62,937 nt of DNA from NCBI RefSeq assembly GCF_001194135.2, contig NC_068983.1, forward strand, positions 167,559,501-167,622,437, given 5' to 3'. Positions 1 through 12,152 of the stretch are shown here, piece by piece (position 1 is the stretch's first letter; every line of letters begins with the position of its first letter). Origin of the DNA: Octopus bimaculoides. Taxonomy: Eukaryota. Both the position numbers and the translations under genes were made by a program. The notes below the pieces were generated by a model. The model did no database searches, was not told where the DNA came from, and worked only from the letters and a program-made list of their open reading frames with translations.

Positions 1-330
1 ATCTGCTTCCCCTCTGGCTAAATAAACCTGTCGCCTAGCCTCCCTTCTGGCACATTGGTACAATTCCCTGCTACCACCGTTCTTCCAGTCCTTCCAAGCC
101 TGTTTCTTTTGTCTAATAGCCCTGTCTACCTCCTTGTTCCACCACCACGTTACTCTGGGTCGGGAGGGGACCTTACACCACCCACAAATCTGGTCGGTGG
201 CTTTCAACAGGTTGTCCCGCAGAAATCTCCAATTGTCTTCCACGTTGTATAATGCTATATCCCCTTCTATTTCGTTAAATGCTTCAAGTAACTTGTCTAT
301 ATGCACATATACATGTGTCTTTGTGTACTC
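1..330 (-). mobile_element. RTE-type LINE fragment (region between endonuclease and RT), degenerate
   Basis: The minus strand reads ...NWRFLRDNLLKATDQICGWCKVPSRPRVTWWWNKEVDRAIRQKKQAWKDWK..., near-identical to the copies at ~24455 and ~30010. Confidence 0.8.
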
Positions 331-1264
331 CATTGGCTTAACATCATGTGATGGTTGTAAACAAATGTCACCGTCATGGAAGTTATGTCCTTCATTTCCA
401 ATCTGCTATGAAAAGTATGTCTAGCTTTGGGAAATCCTCAGAAACAAGTAAATGTTGGCAATAAGAAGGGAGTCTGGTTGTAGAAAATCATAGGAAAGTG
501 GGCATTAAAATTATGATGATGATGATGATGACAGCAATGACGATGACAAAAGCTTCAGAAAATATTAAAGAGAAAGAGAAATTATGAATTCTAGTCATAA
601 TATTCTCTACATCTTAATAGCCTCATTTGTTTTTTTAATGGTTGAACATGTCACACTCATTAATATGCTCATCATTTTTGTAAAAACAATAGCTGATCAG
701 ACCAATTATAACAGAGTTCATGAATGCAGCCTCTCCTGCATGCAAATACATGTTTGGTCACTTTAGACAAACAAAGCTACCAGCCCTAACAATGTCTCTT
801 GAAATGCACCTTCGAACAGTCCACTCTGAACTTATCCTTTGGCCTCTTCAAATTTTATTGTTTATCTCCCTCTCCTCTTTACAAAGATTTGTCCTAGTCT
901 TTGGAAATATGTTACATAAGGTCCCATTTTCATGAAAAGTAACCTGTCTGACCCCGACTTTCAACATCTCAAAGATAATGAAAACAAGTCAATAGTAATC
1001 CCTTTCCCAACCTTTTGAGTCTCTTTGCTTTCTCGAGAATCAGTAATTCTGCAGCTGCAGATTTAGACCTACAACGGATCTACTTTCCTTTGTCATTCGT
1101 CAACAGGTTCTCCCTCTTGCATTGATATCAGCACATTTCATGTGTCTAGTATAAAAATTGCCAACTGTGGCTACAATCCATATCTTGTCTCTTGGGTTAG
1201 AAAATTCCTGCTAAACCATACCATCACTCATTGGTGGTCTTATTATGTCTCCCCACATACATTT

Positions 1265-1354
1265 TGGCCTGCATGTTAATGAATCTAATGCTAATAATGG
1301 CCTGCATGTTAATGAATCTAATGCTAATAATGGCCTGCATGTTAATGAATCTAA
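1265..1354. repeat. 33-bp tandem repeat, 2.7 copies
   Basis: Unit TGGCCTGCATGTTAATGAATCTAATGCTAATAA starts at 1265, 1298 and 1331 (third copy partial). Confidence 0.95.
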
Positions 1355-1639
1355 CGCCCTAACTCCTAGACCACTGCTCTCATTGATGCAAAGACAATAT
1401 ATCACTGCATATATAAAGGAACTTTGTATTTAATCTGTTCTAATCTAACACACAATTAAGCCCTAAGCTTCATGCTTTCATTGATACATGGACATATATT
1501 GCTGCATATATGTATCTTGCCACAACATAAACCCATAACAGCATTCTAAAGATTAGCCTTTCTCTTTGAGTCGTACTTCAGCTTTGGCAAGTTGTTTTTT
1601 TATGCTTCTTCTATTTTCCAAAATCAAGATAAACAAAGT

Positions 1640-2769
1640 TCTTTTTTAATCTAGAATATACTCTGCTCCATTTTCTACAATGGTCTTCCATCTATCTGGT
1701 AGACTTGCAAGGCCTCTCTTCCAAAATTCACTTGTCCGTCACAAAAAATACTCCTCCAGTACCGTTCTGACCTCATCTACAGAATTCATATTTTTGCTGT
1801 CCAAATGATTTTGAAGACTGTGGAATAAATGATAATCAGATGGGGAAATGTCTGGCGAATATGGTGGGTGGGGCATCATTTCTCATTCAACTGCTCCAGC
1901 TTTTCGAATGTCATCCTCACTTTATGTGGCTGAGCATCATTGTGATGGAAGAACACCTTTCATCTTGAAACCAAAGAATGGTCGTTTTTCTTCTGGCGCC
2001 GACCTAAGCCACTCAAGCTGCTTGCAGTNNNNNNNNNNNNNNNNNNNNNNNNNNNNNNNNNNNNNNNNNNNNNNNNNNNNNNNNNNNNNNNNNNNNNNNN
2101 NNNNNNNNNNNNNNNNNNNNNNNNNNNNNNNNNNNNNNNNNNNNNNNNNNNNNNNNNNNNNNNNNNNNNNNNNNNNNNNNNNNNNNNNNNNNNNNNNNNN
2201 NNNNNNNNNNNNNNNNNNNNNNNNNNNNNNNNNNNNNNNNNNNNNNNNNNNNNNNNNNNNNNNNNNNNNNNNNNNNNNNNNNNNNNNNNNNNNNNNNNNN
2301 NNNNNNNNNNNNNNNNNNNNNNNNNNNNNNNNNNNNNNNNNNNNNNNNNNNNNNNNNNNNNNNNNNNNNNNNNNNNNNNNNNNNNNNNNNNNNNNNNNNN
2401 NNNNNNNNNNNCACTCTGCATGCAATTAGACTCAGAGAGTCTGTGAGGAACCCACTGACCCAATTTGCTGACTTTTCTGATGGCATGCAGGTTGAATGAC
2501 CAAATCCAAGCTTCTCTGCTAGTTCCTCAACAGTTACGATGGGACTTTGTTCCACCAGGGTTTGCAGGTTGTCCTCATTGAGCTCTACAGATCTTCCAAG
2601 GTGAGACTTGTCTTCTAGGCTTGGAATCAAAACTTGCACAAAGAATAAGGACAAGGTAAAATTACTACCTACTTTTATAACAAGTTGATGCAGGTAGTTT
2701 ATCCTGTCCCCATCTGACTTTTAGTTCATGCAATTGAAAAAACCGCATTATTTATGGGATGACCCAATA
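1640..2769 (-). mobile_element. Mariner (Tc1/mariner) transposase remnant spanning an N gap
   Basis: The minus strand has an HTH-like VEELAEKLGFGHST, then WVPHRL and a HPPYSP-like segment. A TIR-like end TATTGGGTCATCCCATAAATAATGCGGTTTTT lies at about 2737-2769. The second TIR was not identified. Confidence 0.85.
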
Positions 2770-3859
2770 CTTTCAATTTGTAGCTTACAGATGTATTGTT
2801 TTGTCATTCTGCCTTTTCTACTGCTACTACAATGGTCTCTGCTTCACAGAGCCAGTAAGTATCCTCCTCCTTTCACAGCTCAAACTTCTTCCTCCTCCAC
2901 TATTATATCTCATACCCTACATCCAGCACTGACCTCGAGGATTACTCTCCATCAGACCCCTCCAAATCAACCCTATGCATTTCTCTTCAAGCCTCTGTTT
3001 TTTTCTTGTAAACATCAAGAGATATTTGAACTAAACATCAACTGCATCAAACCTACCAGGTAATGGCTATACCCCTTACTCCTGACTAAACGATAATCAT
3101 GTTTTTTAAAAAATTCAGTTTGAACAGATTCGTAAACAGTGATTTATGAGGACTTAAGACAATCCTATGCTTAATCTCCCTACATTTTTTAGTATATAAT
3201 AATCTTTATTGTATGCAGTGCTCAGAAAAGGTTAATGAGATGACAGAAAGACATCATTTAAGTCAAGCAAAGAAAGGAAATAGAAATGAAAACTAGAAGT
3301 ACGTGTATTGTAGACAGAATAAAACATAAAAGTGAACATGAAAAGAGTCCTAAAGATGAAAGGGTGGATGGGCATGTCAGGAATAATGTTGTTGAAATTT
3401 GGGAAGCATGGGATTTTTGAAGGATGTATTGTCCTGATAGCTAACATTTTCTTTATTACTACATTTGGTTTGTCTCTCTCTTCCCCTCTCTCTTGCTTGC
3501 CTTCCCTCCCTTCCCCCTCTCATCATTATGACTCTGATAAGTTAAAAAGTATTTCAAATAATTCCTTTCATTAGTTTATGAATCTCAGATAATCATCATC
3601 CTGAGTTTTGAACATTCAAATCAATGAAGCTCTCACTTCAAGTCATCAACTCTAACTTTCTCTGATGAATTTAATAAAACAAAAAAACAAAAACAAAAAA
3701 TACTTTGATTAACTTTTCTTAACATCCAACTGATTCATATTTTTGAGTGGATTTCCTTCCTTCTCTACACTCATCCACCATTTAAACTAAATGTTGGTTG
3801 AACCAATAAGAGAAGCCATTACATACTGGCTCAATCTACAAGAAATGGCACCCTAGCCT

Positions 3860-4690
3860 TTTGCTCTTGTAAAAACCATCCATGCCCTACCACCCTAAAC
3901 AACACATTACACTTATAATGTGTGATGTAACTGAAATAATTTTGATTTCCAGTCCCCTCCCCCAATTTTCTATAATATCTCCAAGAGTCTATTAGGTTCC
4001 TCTTTTCAGAACACTTTTCACCTAATGGAAATAGCAACTAAATCTCATTATCATTATGACAAAAGGAAGGACACATTGAATGATAATTTAGGCTTGGGTT
4101 TGCTATTCCATAGTTGGAACACTTTTGATCATAGGTCTTCCTTTTCGTAAAAGCCATCCATGCCTTCCCACCTCAAACACCACATTGCACTTATAATAAT
4201 AATATCTTTAACATTTTTTATTCTTTCCACCAAATTTTACACCTCTCTAAATGGGTGGGGTGGGGTATATAGTCTCCTTTGAAAACACTGCTTTACATGG
4301 TCTCTCAACCTAATGGAAACAGCAGCCGCATTTCCCTATCATCTTCACAAAAGGGAGGACACATCAAATAAAAAGGGCCAAGAGGGGAAAAAAGAAGAAA
4401 TTGGCATGGTTTAAACATTTTTTATGAGAAGTTCTGCTTGATCTTGTGAAAAGAAAAAAACATCCATGCCCATCCCTGCTGGAGACACCACTTTACTCTT
4501 ATAATGTGTAATATAGGAATAATACTTTTAGCATTTTTATTCCCACCACCACTACAATTTTCTATAATATCCCCCAAAAGAGTGTTACAGTCCCCTTGGG
4601 AAACACTACTCTCATTGGTCTTTCAACTTGATAGATATACCAGACACATTTCCCTATCATTTTCACAAAAAGAAGGGAACATTGAATAAT
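3860..4690. repeat. Degenerate tandem triplication, unit about 280-305 bp
   Basis: Anchors CATCCATGCC (~3877, ~4155, 4461), CTTATAAT and ATCAT..ACAAAA recur three times in the same order; ACCTAATGGAAA is present in two copies. Confidence 0.7.
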
Positions 4691-5944
4691 GGAGGCCTAG
4701 ATACACTATTCTGGAAAAAAAAAATGAGGTGAGCATGGTTGGGGTGGTTTTGATTGTAAGTCTGCTAAGTCAGGATTGGCCTTGGGTTAAACAATAACCT
4801 GAGATGTATCTAATGTTTATATGGCTGAGACTTGTTAACGGAAGTGAGGAGAGGGAAACAGAGCATGGAAATTTCATTCTGTGATGAAAATATATTTTAC
4901 AGGAAATCATTAACAGTGCATGGATCCAATAATGATAAAACAGTTTCTAATTAAAAATAAATTGGTAGTTATGTAAATTTTCTTGTTAATCTAAATTTAC
5001 AGAATTACTTGCAGGCATGTCTATGAAATGTTTCAATGCAAACTTTGGAAAATAGCATTTTAATTATATTGCTATTTGAAGAATTCCATATTTGACTTAA
5101 CACTTTATCTGGAATTGTTCAGTTGTTGATAGAATTGTAACTTTCCAAAGCTGGCTTTAAAAGTTGTTCTATTTCAGGAAGATATGGTCAATAACTGAAA
5201 TACTAGAAGTTTCTTCATATGTTCTCCTGTGAATTCATCTGGATACGTCAACCTTGGGTCATTACATGCTTTATATCTTTGAACAATTAAATACCCCCAT
5301 CCAGGCAACCCAGCCAGGCTTGATTAAGTCCCATGTTGTGTCCAGTTCGTATTACCCCATCTGGTGCTCACATCTGATCCACAGCCATCTTGAAGTCTTC
5401 CAGTTGCTGACTCCTGTAATAGCCAGCATGTTTTAGGCTCTGCAGAGGGAATGACTACAATTCCTTTCAAACTTTGCTTTTGTGACCTGGACATGAATGT
5501 TTTGAAACTGACCATTTTTACCATTACATTCCAGACAGATTTAGGGCTGAATCAGAAATATTGTTACAGCAAATATTCTGCTCAATACCACATGTTTGCA
5601 TCTCAGTTGCTTGACCATAGCCCTTAATGGCTGACAATATGTACATCTCCGATGATGGGCAGTAGTGGGGGGGTGGGGATCATAGCCATGCCTTGAGAGG
5701 GATTCTTTGAGGTTTGAATAAATGTAACAAAAGCAAAATTTGAAGGAAATCTTAGCCCTTTTTCATACTTTCTAGGGATAATAAGCAAATAGGAAATAAC
5801 AGTTGCTATCCAAGGACAACAATCAAGTTACACAGTGTTATTAATATTTTACTTCAAAAAGTAAATAATCTTAACTATGGAACAAAGTCAAAGACATTAT
5901 CGAGATTATTCTGCTAGAGTATGTCCTAAACAAGTCAGCAAGTT

Positions 5945-7089
5945 TGGTCTCTGGGCACTTTCTTATGGCTTTCAGGAAGATTGGGTGCTAAAAATGCAGA
6001 TGGCACCCTTCAGCAGCCATAGTTGAATTTCTGCAAAGACGGGCTGGATGCTGAGTAGTGTCCTGGAATTTCACTGCATCATAGCTCACGTTTATCACCT
6101 GTTACTTGGACAGGTTGATCTCAAGCCCAAGGAGATTTCGGATTGACTTACTGAAGGTTCCCAACTACAGACTCAACGAAACCATCCAAGTTTGTGTCAT
6201 CCAGGTACCAGACATTGAAGGGTGAGCAAACTGATCAGGTAACATCATCGATAACCAATGCAAAAAGGAGTGTGCTGGATATCTGTGGAAGAAACAATCC
6301 TGTGTTCAGCAACCATCATTGTATTGGATGTCCCATAGGAGAGGTATGCAAGTGTGGGTAACGAGAAAGTATGTTTTAGACATGTCTCCAAGATGTGCTC
6401 TCACCAAATGCTGTGGCTTCAGTAGGAAGTAAGGTGATGAGGGAGGTGTATGCTGCATGTAGTGTTTGGCCATAGGAGCAGCAGCCTCACATCCACACTT
6501 GACTCCCATCCTCAGTTGGACAAGGATTAGTGCCATGTCAAAACCATTCCTGACTGACTTACATGCTATCCTGGCTGAAAGTTGTCAAAAAATTGTCAAA
6601 TGGATTCCTCCATACTTTTTCTTCAGTGCAGTCTGGTTGGCTGAGGAGAGATGTCAGGCACGGCAGAGGAGGTTCAAGCAAAGAAGACTCTCAGTAAGAG
6701 AGTGATAGACTGGAGCAAATGTGCCCCTGCTTTGGCAGAGTGTGATGAGATTGAATTTCTGAGGTGGATGGGTAGCAGGACATCTATTATGCCACTGCTG
6801 CTCACAGGAAAGGATCCCAGGGCAATAGCCACATATTCACTGGACATAGTCAAGGCTGCGTGTCACTGTCAGAGATTTGGAAATCCATGATATCTCCTGG
6901 AGGGTCTGGATGTTTGACATGGAGGACAGTCAAAACATCTGGTGTGAATTTGAACACTGCATCGAGTGAGGCCAGCACGTGCACTGTAGTAGAAACTTTG
7001 CACTTAGTTTGTGATTGACCTGGATTCAGAGCCTTTTTGCACACTTGGAAGAGGCCTGCATGTGCAATGTCAGCACTGGTGGGAAGCCT

Positions 7090-7144
<55 letters not shown>

Positions 7145-7750
7145 NNNNNNNNNNNNNNNNNNNNNNNNNNNNNNNNNNNNNNNNNNNNNNNNNNNNNNNN
7201 NNNNNNNNNNNNNNNNNNNNNNNNNNNNNNNNNNNNNNNNNNNNNNNNNNNNNNNNNNNNNNNNNNNNNNNNNNNNNNNNNNNNNNNNNNNNNNNNNNNN
7301 NNNNNNNNNNNNNNNNNNNNNNNNNNNNNNNNNNNNAGAGAGAGAGACAGAGAGAGAGAGAGAGATGCTAATTGGTGAAGAGTGGCTGCAGAAGGTGACA
7401 TTGCATCTAAGCCTGAATGTCATGGAGGAACTGAACTCCCACCTGCCATTAGGATCCCAAGAACAAGCATCGCAAAACTGAATAACTTGTTCCAGTTTTT
7501 CAGGCTGTTAATTGTAAGTGCCTGCTCTACAGACAACACCTGCATTTTGGCCATTCAAGCGTGGGCAGCCTGGGGTTCCTGATGATGATTCTTTGCAACT
7601 GCCTGAGATTTCAACCCCAAAATTTCATCCAGGCAGAACAGGGTCAAGTCTCCACCATGCCATAACTCTGTGTCTGTTTAAAGTGTTAAGTGAGATATCC
7701 CTCCACAGGAGGTGAGACAGCTCAGGCAGCGCCACCAGTGCAGGAATCCT
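5945..7750 (-). mobile_element. CRE-clade non-LTR retrotransposon, degenerate RT, interrupted by (AG)n and a gap
   Basis: The minus strand gives ALGSFPVSSSGIIDVLLPIHLRNSIS, ALKKKYGGI, VQLRMGVKCGCEAA, LLFALVIDDV.SVCSPFNVWYLDD and LGLEINLSK across frameshifts. These match CRE RT motifs (SFP.GS.GG.DGLRP.HL, ALKKKDGGIRPIAVG, WYLDD). Confidence 0.8.
7094..7366. repeat. (AG)n microsatellite with internal N gap
   Basis: Directly visible. Confidence 0.95.
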
Positions 7751-7966
7751 GAGATGCATTGAGTGAGTTTGACACAAGAGAAGTGCAAGAAATTGTTACA
7801 GTTTGAGGATGGTGATCCTAAGATTTTACACATATAAATACAACAAATATGTTATATGTTTTGTACACAAACTGAATGAATGAAATTATTTCTTCTTAAC
7901 ATTCTTAAACATGCATGTTTTTAATGAAGTTTTCCAAAAGTACATTTTAAATGGCCTAGATTACGG

Positions 7967-7967
<1 letters not shown>

Positions 7968-8018
<51 letters not shown>
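7968..8018. repeat. (TG)n microsatellite
   Basis: Directly visible. Confidence 0.98.
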
Positions 8019-8021
<3 letters not shown>

Positions 8022-8711
8022 TACTGAAAAAACATTTTTCAATGCATGATTATTAAGGAAATTTTCCATAGATACGTTTTTGATGGCATAGGACATGATT
8101 AAATTTCTTCTTAAATCTTATCAAGGCAATGGTACTTTTGTTGTAGGGAATTAGTAATAATGGTAGACCCCTTCCCATGTGATGAGTGGAATAAGCCAGT
8201 CACTATAAGTAAAGTGACGTTGGCCAGTATCAAGGTGAGTACATTCAGACTGTTGATAGTCATGTCTGTGCTGACATTGTAATTATTCTATGATACTACT
8301 GAGTGGATGTAATAACGATCCAACCGTTTGAGGATAATAATACTGTATGGCTGGGGGTTATACAATGTCAGATAGAAACATTCTATGGATGAATTTGGAA
8401 CATAACAATATCTGTCAGAGTGACAAAAGACTGATACAACAGTGGCAAAAGACTGCTTTAGGGTGTAATAACTTTACACCCTAAAAAACAAATCTCTAGA
8501 AAATTTCACTTAAAAATGTGCATTTTAAAGAAAATTATAATACAACAAAGTTGAAGGGTCACACTTCTGTACAAAAGTATTATCTACCGATATTGTTTCT
8601 CTAAAAAAATAGTATTCATATTTTATCAACAGATTCTACATTATCAAAAACATATATCTGAAAATTTCATTAAAATAAGTAAATTGTTAGATGCTTATTT
8701 TTAATGCTTAG

Positions 8712-9050
8712 TTGTAGGTCCACCAACTTTTCCTGGTTAGTTTTTACTCATGTCATCGTCTCATAGTCACTTAGAGCTGCATTCCTCACCTGGATGTGTT
8801 TGATGTTTGACTCTATGACAGGGATGTCATTTGCATATGCAGACACAGTTCTTCCAGATCTTAGTTTACAAATAATTCTCCTCGAAGTCTCTATTTTCCA
8901 CACTAGAGTCTTTAAAGTCAACACATATAAAATATATGAGAAGAGACAATCTTGATGGGTTGAGGGCATGATACAAAAGGGCTCTGATAAGGTGCTATAT
9001 TCCACTAACTACTGAGTAGATGTTGTACCTTGCAGTGATTGAACCCCTAA
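8712..9050 (-). mobile_element. L1/Tx1-like RT fragment
   Basis: HQDCLFSYILYVLTLKTL...GRTVSAYANDIPV...ALSDYETMT.GVKTNQEK resembles the Tx1/L1 RT pattern RQGCPLSP.LYVL.LEP...SAYADD...GAKIN.EK. Confidence 0.65.
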
Positions 9051-9880
9051 AGACAGGACTAAAATCAGCTGCCATGAAGACAGCAACCAAGTGCAGGTGG
9101 CCACCCCTAGGCCTTCGATTGATCTGAATTGATCAATGACCCACCCATGCCAGGTTCTTTAGTCACCCTTTCTATAACGTATCCCTTGAGATCAAGATTG
9201 CCATGGGTAGACTTGTTTGAGATGGTGCATATAGGGGCATGACATCCAGTTTGGAATGATCCTGCAAAAAAAGGAATTTTTTCTCAATTTCTCCCACATA
9301 ATTGTAGTCTACATCATTGAAGACTTGCCACTCAAAAATTTCATAAAAAAATATGCATTTTAAAGAAAGTTATGAGAAAACAAAGTTGAGGGGTACAGAA
9401 GTATGCCTCACCCACTTTATTTTCCTGCTAAAAAATTCATTTTCATATTTTATTAACATAACCTGTATCCTCAAAAATATCTTTAGAAAATCTCAAAACA
9501 AAATGGGAACATAATGAAAACCAGTTTAATTGGAGAATAACCCCTTTTCTGTTTCCTCTCACATAATCATAATGTATCAAAAAAGTCCCCTGGAAAAATT
9601 TCATTAAAAAAAAATGCATTTTTTGCAAAGTTATGGGAAAAAAAAGGTTATTCCAATTTTATTTTAACGTAATGTTTTTCTTTTGAAGGATATTATTCAT
9701 TTCCTTATTTCGTAAAAGCACCAAGAAATTGGTTAAAAGCGAAACCATAATGATTGTCTGACGGCCATATTTTATGTCTTAAGTCTGCCATTGATTAAGG
9801 GGAAATAAATCCTGTTGACTGTCTAAGTAGGGAGATAAATGCTTCCTGCTCTGAAATTAATTGTTAATTAAGACATCGCG

Positions 9881-9911
9881 ATGGCAGCACGGAATCTCGG
9901 CACTCCGTTTG
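9881..9911 (+). CDS. DERA: Deoxyribose-phosphate aldolase, coding exon 1 (MAARNLGTPF-D)
   Basis: ATG at 9881, 31 nt, donor G|GTAAGT. Phase 1 joins exon 2. The peptide resembles the human N-terminus MSAHNRGTELD. Confidence 0.85.
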
Positions 9912-10504
9912 GTAAGTTAGTTGTTATCTAGGATTTCATCTATTTTTAACGAGATATCAATTCAAAAACTTTATTAATTAACAATTTAGTTTTGTTTTCA
10001 TTCCAAATATACCGATTCAGAGCTAATCATTTGGTCCCAGACTCCAATGAAGCACCGAGCTATTTAATGATAGAAAACTTCGTAAAAAGTTTGGAACTTC
10101 TTCAAAAAATGTTCTATCAACGAATAAAAGATATCTATTTCAAACATTTTCATCAATTTTTGATATAAGAGCCTAGATTTTTTGACCAGAAACATTTCGT
10201 TTGTTTTTAGTGTTTATTCTGAAGTTTCTTTAATCATCCGATTACTTTCTCCGCCCCCTTTCATCTTGGGAAACAAAACTTTGTTCTTGTTTATTTCAGA
10301 CGTTGAACAATTTAACATCCTTTTTTCCCCCGCTCNNNNNNNNNNNNNNNNNNNNNNNNNNNNNNNNNNNNNNNNNNNNNNNNNNNNNNNNNNNNNNNNN
10401 NNNNNNNNNNNNNNNNNNNNNNNNNNNNNNNNNNNNNNNNNNNNNNNNNNNNNNNNNNNNNNNNNNNNNNNNNNNNNNNNNNNNNNNNNNNNNNNNNNNN
10501 NNNN

Positions 10505-10564
<60 letters not shown>

Positions 10565-12108
10565 TGGGCGAAGGGTAAGAATGCTCACACCCGCTGTTTA
10601 GGATTAGGTTTATTGTTAGGCCGAAAATGGGCGGTGGTGCGTAGTCTTTCCCTCCGCCGATTTCCCATTGTTTTGTGTAAGTGGACGAAAATGTTTGCGG
10701 TAGATATTTTCTGTCTCGTGATTCGATTTGAGGGGAAAACGACTCGGTGATTGTCCTCATTAAAAGTTCTGTTGACATCACGAGGGGGGTGGGCTGGAAG
10801 TAATGGAATGACATGACGGATATCAATCGGGAGTGGAATTGCATTGATTTCTATAGATTTGCCTTAATTCTGATCGGATTAGTTTGAAGATAGCCCCACA
10901 AAACGATGAGCTTAATACGTTTTAATGTTTTGTTTCATTGAACATTTGTACCAATATAAAATCTATAATGTATATTCGGAGAAAAACGGGGATAGGTTAT
11001 GACTTCCTGAACAAATTAACTTTTTACGATTAAATTATATTATTATATATAAAATTTAATATTTTTAAACTTCAAATTTCTTTTAATAAAACAACACAGA
11101 TGAGTAACAAGACAACGTCAAATTTTAGAAGATTAAATTAACAGATAAATTATTCTTTAAAAGATTTATAAATTTTTTCAGTTTCTGTTTGTTAGAATTT
11201 AAACAGAACTTTGTAACATTCCCTCTATTTATAATGACCCAAATCTCAATCGATTCTCATTCATGCAAACAATAAATCATTAGCTTAATTAATGACCACA
11301 AATTCATGATTCTAGGTGTGTTTTTCGTGGGTGGTCACGAGTTAAGCGGAACGTTCAGTTAGTCCGGCTGTCCCATTCATAAGTACCATGTGAAAACGGA
11401 TGGAATACAACAGAAAGTAAATGTTTAATCGAGTGATTGGGCTTTGCTGACCAAAATGTGTCAAGTGTTTATAATGCAGTAGTAATCATTTGAATTATAA
11501 ACACAAGGCCAGTAAGTTCGGGGTCGGGGGTCAGTCAATTACATCGACCCCAGTGTCCAGCTGGTACTTATTTCGCTTAATGTTCACAAGTACACCGGAA
11601 CGAAAAAAATCGACCCCTTTTTTTGTTTTTTTAAATTTTTTCGGTTAATGTTTACAAATTGATCCGGAAACGAAAATCAGGGGGAAAAAAAGAAAACAAA
11701 ATGTGTATAAAACAAGTATGAAAGAAAAAACAAATGCGTGCAAGATCCGAGTTTTTCCCTCAGAACTTTTAGGAAAATGTGGGATTTTTTCAATGAAATT
11801 TTCTAGAAATACTTTTGAAACAGCATACATTACGATTATAAAGTAATTTGTGGGGGAAAATCTTGAGGTGGGGGAGAGGACTTTCGGAAAATTCCCCAAG
11901 ATCCGAGTTTCAACTTTCTACAGATATCCTAACGTAGTAGTAGTAGTAGTACCACCACTACACTACGTTGTGTTTATTTCGATCCACTTCCAATAATTTT
12001 TTATGTTTTGACTTCAATTTTGTTTTATTTTATCCTCAATTATTTTTACGCTTTTTTTTAACCCTTCCGTCGTTATTCTCATTCACTCATTATTACTCTT
12101 TCTCTCTC

Positions 12109-12152
<44 letters not shown>

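Noticed and set aside
720-1560. Faint RTE/PHD-like words (WTVRRC...FVCLK) on the minus strand
   Set aside because: Too degenerate, and the motif order does not fit the family.
5176-5560. Complex sequence with ORFs on both strands; minus-strand SVIDHIFL resembles an APE endonuclease end
   Set aside because: Stops occur in all frames, no other diagnostic motif is present, and there is no consistent splice pair.
11330-11430. Possible alternative DERA first exon ending GAAA|GTAAAT
   Set aside because: Only a moderate donor in a CpG-rich intron, with no in-frame start or other support.
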